From: Anaerohalosphaeraceae bacterium | GTDB lineage: Bacteria > Planctomycetota > Phycisphaerae > Sedimentisphaerales > Anaerohalosphaeraceae | Assembly: GCA_050309605.1 (NCBI GenBank) | Contig: JBNRMN010000021.1 | Coordinates: 1 to 64,000 of the forward strand | Length of the DNA stretch: 64,000 bases | Reading direction: 5' to 3' | In this document: positions 59,508-64,000 of the stretch, in pieces | Layout of the letters: every line of letters starts with the position of its first letter | Position numbering within the stretch: the first letter of the stretch is position 1 | Position numbers and translations under genes: made by a program | Notes under the pieces: generated by a model | What the model saw: only the letters and a program-made list of their open reading frames with translations | The model's database searches: none | What the model was told of the DNA's origin: nothing

Positions 59508-62500
59508 ATGCGGTTCGGTAAGGTGTTAACTCGTTCTATTCGGTATTATCGGCGAACGCATACGGCGCTGATTTGTGCCGCGATGGTGTGTACCGCCGTG
59601 CTGACCGGCGCCCTGCTGGTAGGCGATTCGGTGCGGGCCGGGCTGGAGCGACTGGCAGCCCTGCGGCTGGGACGGGTGCAATACACGCTGCTTGCCGGAG
59701 AATACCCCTTTCAAACCGACCTGGCCGAACGCATCAAACAGCGTACGGGCTATGAGACCGCCGCGGTGCTGATGACCGACGCGACAGTCGAGACCCCCGA
59801 TGGCTCGGTGCGAATTCATCGAGTTCGTATGCTCGGCGTCGATGAGGCCTTCTTTGCCCTGGGTCATTCTGAACCGTCCGACCGGGTCGTGCTGCCGGCA
59901 ATCAATGAAGCGCTGCGTCGGCGACTGGGCGCATCGTCGGTCGATTTGATCGTGCGTCTGGACGATCCGTCGGCGTTGTCGCGCGATTTGATCTTTGCCT
60001 CTGATGAACAATCACGCCGAACGCTGCGAATCAGCATCAACGGCCTTGTTCCGGATGACTCACTGGGGCGATTCAGCTTGCAGGCCGACCAGCAGGCGCC
60101 GCTGAATGTCTTTGTGCCGCGTTCGTGGCTGGCCGGACAGCTTGACCTTGAGGGACGCGCCAATCTGCTGGTTGTTTCCGCCGCGCCTTCGGGTCCCTCA
60201 TCGGCATCGCAATTGGATCGCGCTCTGGCGTGCGTGGTTCAACCAGAAGACTTCGGCCTGGAATGGATTGAGTATCCGAACAACGGAACGATTGAACTGC
60301 AAAGCATGCGGCTGTTTATTCCGGACCATGTCGGTCAGGCCGCCGTGCAGTGCGGCCGCGGCCCGCTGCGTGTGTTTTCGTATTTTGTCAACCGTCTTTC
60401 GCACGGCACTCGGGCTGCGCCTTATTCGATGGTCGCCGCCCTCGAAGGAACAGACCGTGCCGATTTGTTTGCAACACTGGGCGACAACGAAATCATCATC
60501 AATGAGTGGCTGGCCGACGACTTGAACGTCGAGCCGCGCGATACGCTGCAAATGGATTATTTCGCCATCAGCCCGACCCATACGCTGATTGAACAAAGCC
60601 GGACGTTCCTTGTCCGTCAGATCGTGCCGATGCTCGGTTTTGCCGCCGATGCCACGCTGATGCCGCCGTTTCCCGGCTTGGCGGATGCGGAAAATTGTCA
60701 GGACTGGGATCCGGCGATTCCAATTGATCTGAATCGGATTCGCGATAAGGATGAGGCGTACTGGGACCGTTATCGCGGCACGCCCAAGGCGTTCATCTCG
60801 CTGACCACCGCGCAGGATTTATGGCGCAATCGATTCGGCAATCTGACGGCGATTCGCTGGCCGATGGCAGACAATACGGTTGAATCGCTGGGCGAGGAGC
60901 TGGCCGAGGTGCTGGAGCCGGCGTCGCTGGGGCTGTTTTTTATCGATGCCGCCGAGCACAGTCGGCGCGCCGGGGCCGGATCGACGGATTTCGGGGGGTT
61001 GTTTGCCGGACTGAGTCTGTTTTTGATATTGGCCTGTGTGGTGCTACTGGCGTTGATTTTTGTGTTTTCTCTTCAACAGCGCAGCCGTCAGGCGGGGATT
61101 TTGCTGGCCATGGGCTGGACGAAAGGCAAAACAGCCCGGCTGCTGCTGGGCGAGGGCGCATTGCTGGCGCTGCTGGGAACTGTCGGCGGCACGATGCTGG
61201 GGGTTGGCTATACACTGGCGATGATGGCGGGTTTGCGAACGGTCTGGCAGGACGCAGTGGCCGGGGCAATGCTGCGGTTTTACGCCAATCCTGTCACATT
61301 GGTTATCGGCGCGGGCGCGGGTTTTGTGGTCGCCATCGGCGCTATGGGGTGCGGCCTTCTCGTCCATTTCAAGAAGACACCGATTGACCTGCTGTCTTAT
61401 ACCCCCGCTGTTATTTCCGGAACATTTTCGACTGCCGCACGAATCATCCGGCTGGTGCTGTTGGCGGTTCTGGCGGCGGCGTTGATTGGTTCATTTTATT
61501 TGCTTGATTCGCTACTCCGGCCTGAGCTGTTTTTCTTTATGAACGGCAGTCTCTTGCTGCTGATCTTGATGCTGTGGGCCGCGGAAATGATGCGTACCGC
61601 GGCTGTGATCCGCAAAACACCGTCCCGTTCGTCTCGGCTGATTGCCAAAAACATGATCCGGCGTCCCGGCCGCAGTCTGGCGGTGATGCTGACGGTGGCG
61701 TGCGGGGTATTCATCGTGCTGGGTGTTGGACTGAACCGCCGAAGTCCTGCGCGTTATGCTGAACGCGATTCCGGTACGGGCGGATTTGCCCTCTGGATCG
61801 AGACCGCCCTGCCGATGGCCAAAGTGCCCGATGCCTCGTTTGTCGGTCAAGTCGCCCACGCTGCAAACGCATCCGACGACATCGCAATAGTCGCTTTGCG
61901 GCAGCGCCGCGGCGACGACGCCAGTTGTCTGAATCTGAACCGCGCTCAAAATCCGACACTTTTGGGCGTTGACCCCGACGAATTTGCCCGGCGCGGAGCG
62001 TTTTCATTTCGCAGCGCTGAGCCAAGCGGGCCATCACCCTGGACATTGCTGACCCAAACCCTCGATGATGGTATGATTCCGGTCATCGGGGATCATGCCA
62101 CGGTGTATTGGGGACTGGGGCTGGATTTGGGCGATACCCTTGCGGTACAGGATGACCGGGGACGAGAACTTCATCTGAAAATTGTCGGTATTTTGAAAGA
62201 ATCCGTCTTTCAGGGTCGTCTTCTTGTCAATGAACGGGATTTTATTGAGCGGTTCCCGTCGGAAAGCGGGTACACGGTCTTTCTGGCGGAGTCCGACTCC
62301 GATAAGATTGATACGCTGACCTCGGCGTTTTCGCGGCAGCTTGCCGATTATGGCGCGGAAGTAGTTCCGACGAGCGATGTGCTTCGGGACTTTTTGCGGG
62401 TAGAAAACACCTATTTAACTATTTTTCTGGCATTGGGCGGACTGGGACTGATTCTCGGCAGTGCCGGCGCGGGATTGGTGTTGCTGTTTAACGTGATTGA

Positions 62501-62786
62501 TCGACGCGGAGAGCTGGCGATGATGCAGGCAATGGGCTTTTCCAAGGCCGTCCTCAATCGGCTGCTGCTGGCTGAACACATCGGTTTGTTTGCCGCCGGG
62601 GTCCTGGTCGGCGGGCTGTCGGCCATTGTGGCGGTGCTGCCTGCGGTTCAGTCCGCAGGCCTGGGAACCCTGGCCACGGCGCTGCTGCTGACGACCGTGG
62701 TTTTATTAAGCGGATTTGTCTGGGTTTGGTTCGGTGGACGGACGGCGATGAAACACAACCTGTTGGACAGTTTGCGAAACGAATGA
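59508..62786 (+). CDS. Large ABC transporter permease (FtsX/MacB-like, duplicated)
   Basis: GALLVGDS, two TM clusters, RRGELAMMQAMGF. Confidence 0.88.
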   Translation: MRFGKVLTRSIRYYRRTHTALICAAMVCTAVLTGALLVGDSVRAGLERLAALRLGRVQYTLLAGEYPFQTDLAERIKQRTGYETAAVLMTDATVETPDGSVRIHRVRMLGVDEAFFALGHSEPSDRVVLPAINEALRRRLGASSVDLIVRLDDPSALSRDLIFASDEQSRRTLRISINGLVPDDSLGRFSLQADQQAPLNVFVPRSWLAGQLDLEGRANLLVVSAAPSGPSSASQLDRALACVVQPEDFGLEWIEYPNNGTIELQSMRLFIPDHVGQAAVQCGRGPLRVFSYFVNRLSHGTRAAPYSMVAALEGTDRADLFATLGDNEIIINEWLADDLNVEPRDTLQMDYFAISPTHTLIEQSRTFLVRQIVPMLGFAADATLMPPFPGLADAENCQDWDPAIPIDLNRIRDKDEAYWDRYRGTPKAFISLTTAQDLWRNRFGNLTAIRWPMADNTVESLGEELAEVLEPASLGLFFIDAAEHSRRAGAGSTDFGGLFAGLSLFLILACVVLLALIFVFSLQQRSRQAGILLAMGWTKGKTARLLLGEGALLALLGTVGGTMLGVGYTLAMMAGLRTVWQDAVAGAMLRFYANPVTLVIGAGAGFVVAIGAMGCGLLVHFKKTPIDLLSYTPAVISGTFSTAARIIRLVLLAVLAAALIGSFYLLDSLLRPELFFFMNGSLLLLILMLWAAEMMRTAAVIRKTPSRSSRLIAKNMIRRPGRSLAVMLTVACGVFIVLGVGLNRRSPARYAERDSGTGGFALWIETALPMAKVPDASFVGQVAHAANASDDIAIVALRQRRGDDASCLNLNRAQNPTLLGVDPDEFARRGAFSFRSAEPSGPSPWTLLTQTLDDGMIPVIGDHATVYWGLGLDLGDTLAVQDDRGRELHLKIVGILKESVFQGRLLVNERDFIERFPSESGYTVFLAESDSDKIDTLTSAFSRQLADYGAEVVPTSDVLRDFLRVENTYLTIFLALGGLGLILGSAGAGLVLLFNVIDRRGELAMMQAMGFSKAVLNRLLLAEHIGLFAAGVLVGGLSAIVAVLPAVQSAGLGTLATALLLTTVVLLSGFVWVWFGGRTAMKHNLLDSLRNE

Positions 62787-62821
62787 AAAAACAACATTCT
62801 TATTACTGGAAATCCTGACAA

Positions 62822-64000
62822 ATGAAGGCAGAACACCGTCCTCAAAAAACGGACTCGGTCGTCTTTGAGCCAATGCCTTCGACGGTTCAGCCATTGAGCC
62901 GTCGAGATTTTTTACGTCTGGGGGCCATTGGCGCAGCCGGGACCTTGCTGGGACATCTTCGGCCGTCTGTCGCTGCGCCGGCTGATACCGTCTCATTGCC
63001 CGATCGGCCCCATATTGTGCTGATTATGTGCGACGATATGGGGTATTCGGATCTGGGCTGTTATGGCGGTGAGATTCATACCCCCATTCTGGACGGCCTG
63101 GCGGCCAATGGGGTGCGGTTCACGCAGTTTTACAACGCGGCACGCTGTGTGCCGACACGCGCGAGCCTGATGACGGGGCTTTACCCGCATCAGGCAGGGC
63201 TGGGACACATGGTCAACGACCGCGGGCATGACGGGTACAGAGGCCGGCTCAACGACCGCTGCGTCACCCTTGCCGAGGTGCTGCGCCAGGCGGGCTATCA
63301 GACCTTTATGAGCGGCAAATGGCATGTTACGCCCTATGATTATGCCAATCCGAAATCGACGCTGGATCGGGAAAGCTGGCCGCTTCAACGGGGCTTTGAC
63401 GAGTTTTTTGGGACACTTGCGGGGGCCGGCAGTTTTTACGCGCCCGTTTCGCTGATGCGCAATAACGAATTCATCGCGCCGGGGGATGATTTTTACTATA
63501 CCGATGCCATCAATGACCAGACCGCCCGTTATATCCGACAGGCAGACAAGAATCGTCCGTTATTCCTGTATGTCGCGCACACCGCCCCGCATTGGCCGCT
63601 GCACGCGCCGGAGGAAACTGTCGCCAAGTATGCGGACACCTATACTGTCGGCTGGGATGCGATTCGCCAAGCACGGTACAAACGGATGGTCGAGATGGGA
63701 ATTATTCAATCCGATTGGCCGCTGACCGAACGGGACAGTCGCGTGCCGCCGTGGGATGAGGTTGAGCACAAAGACTGGCAAGCAGGGCGCATGGCGGTAC
63801 ATGCGGCCATGGTGGATGTGATGGACCAGGGTATCGGCCGCATCGTCGAGGCACTCAAAGAAACCGGACGTTTTGAAAATACGCTGATCCTGTTTTTGTC
63901 GGATAACGGCGCTTCCAATGAAGTGATTCAGGGTCAAAACACCCGTCATGGACAGTTTGCCCGCGGCGGAACACGTCCTGATGTGATGCCGGGGCCGCCG
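62822..64000 (+). CDS. Tat-exported arylsulfatase (partial; runs off the window)
   Basis: Translated by hand: SRRDFL Tat motif, PHIVLIMCDDMGYSD, CVPTRASLMTG (CxPxR), GKWH, APHWPLHAP, SDNG. Confidence 0.92.
   Translation, partial: MKAEHRPQKTDSVVFEPMPSTVQPLSRRDFLRLGAIGAAGTLLGHLRPSVAAPADTVSLPDRPHIVLIMCDDMGYSDLGCYGGEIHTPILDGLAANGVRFTQFYNAARCVPTRASLMTGLYPHQAGLGHMVNDRGHDGYRGRLNDRCVTLAEVLRQAGYQTFMSGKWHVTPYDYANPKSTLDRESWPLQRGFDEFFGTLAGAGSFYAPVSLMRNNEFIAPGDDFYYTDAINDQTARYIRQADKNRPLFLYVAHTAPHWPLHAPEETVAKYADTYTVGWDAIRQARYKRMVEMGIIQSDWPLTERDSRVPPWDEVEHKDWQAGRMAVHAAMVDVMDQGIGRIVEALKETGRFENTLILFLSDNGASNEVIQGQNTRHGQFARGGTRPDVMPGPP

Overview
Bacterial chromosomal window, moderately GC-rich. Gene content (PEP-CTERM protein, many long prepilins, planctomycete-type hypotheticals, Tat sulfatase) suggests a Planctomycetota genome, probably Phycisphaerae/Sedimentisphaerales; this is inference. 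In order: a truncated Rhs toxin module, a carboxypeptidase-regulatory-like repeat protein, a B12 radical SAM enzyme, a single-chain type IIG restriction-modification (RM) enzyme, rpmB with tRNA-Thr, a SurA/PrsA-like PPIase, the cysS-ruvCAB operon, msrB, a cation:proton antiporter, PPi-type PFK, proS, tRNA-Met and tRNA-Glu, tsaE, an orphan DNA methyltransferase, an lnt-HEAT-coiled-coil-mreBCD-PBP2 cluster, a 17 kb type IV filament cluster (two PilB, PilT, PilC, eight prepilin-like genes), cinA, lipA, a PilX-like gene, a GT4-ABC cluster and a partial arylsulfatase. The most notable signals are: (1) a GxxExxY nuclease gene between ruvA and ruvB, bracketed by 34-bp inverted repeats built from 10-mer units, with an ORF-less copy of the end at about 44 kb; (2) a fluoride riboswitch with a clear anti-SD platform in front of the antiporter; (3) palindromic repeats inserted in frame twice into the RM enzyme, bracketing an AT-rich, apparently swapped specificity region; (4) a GH10-like protein lacking both catalytic glutamates; (5) dispersed heptamer micro-arrays at gene junctions. 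All calls are by eye; no database searches were run.
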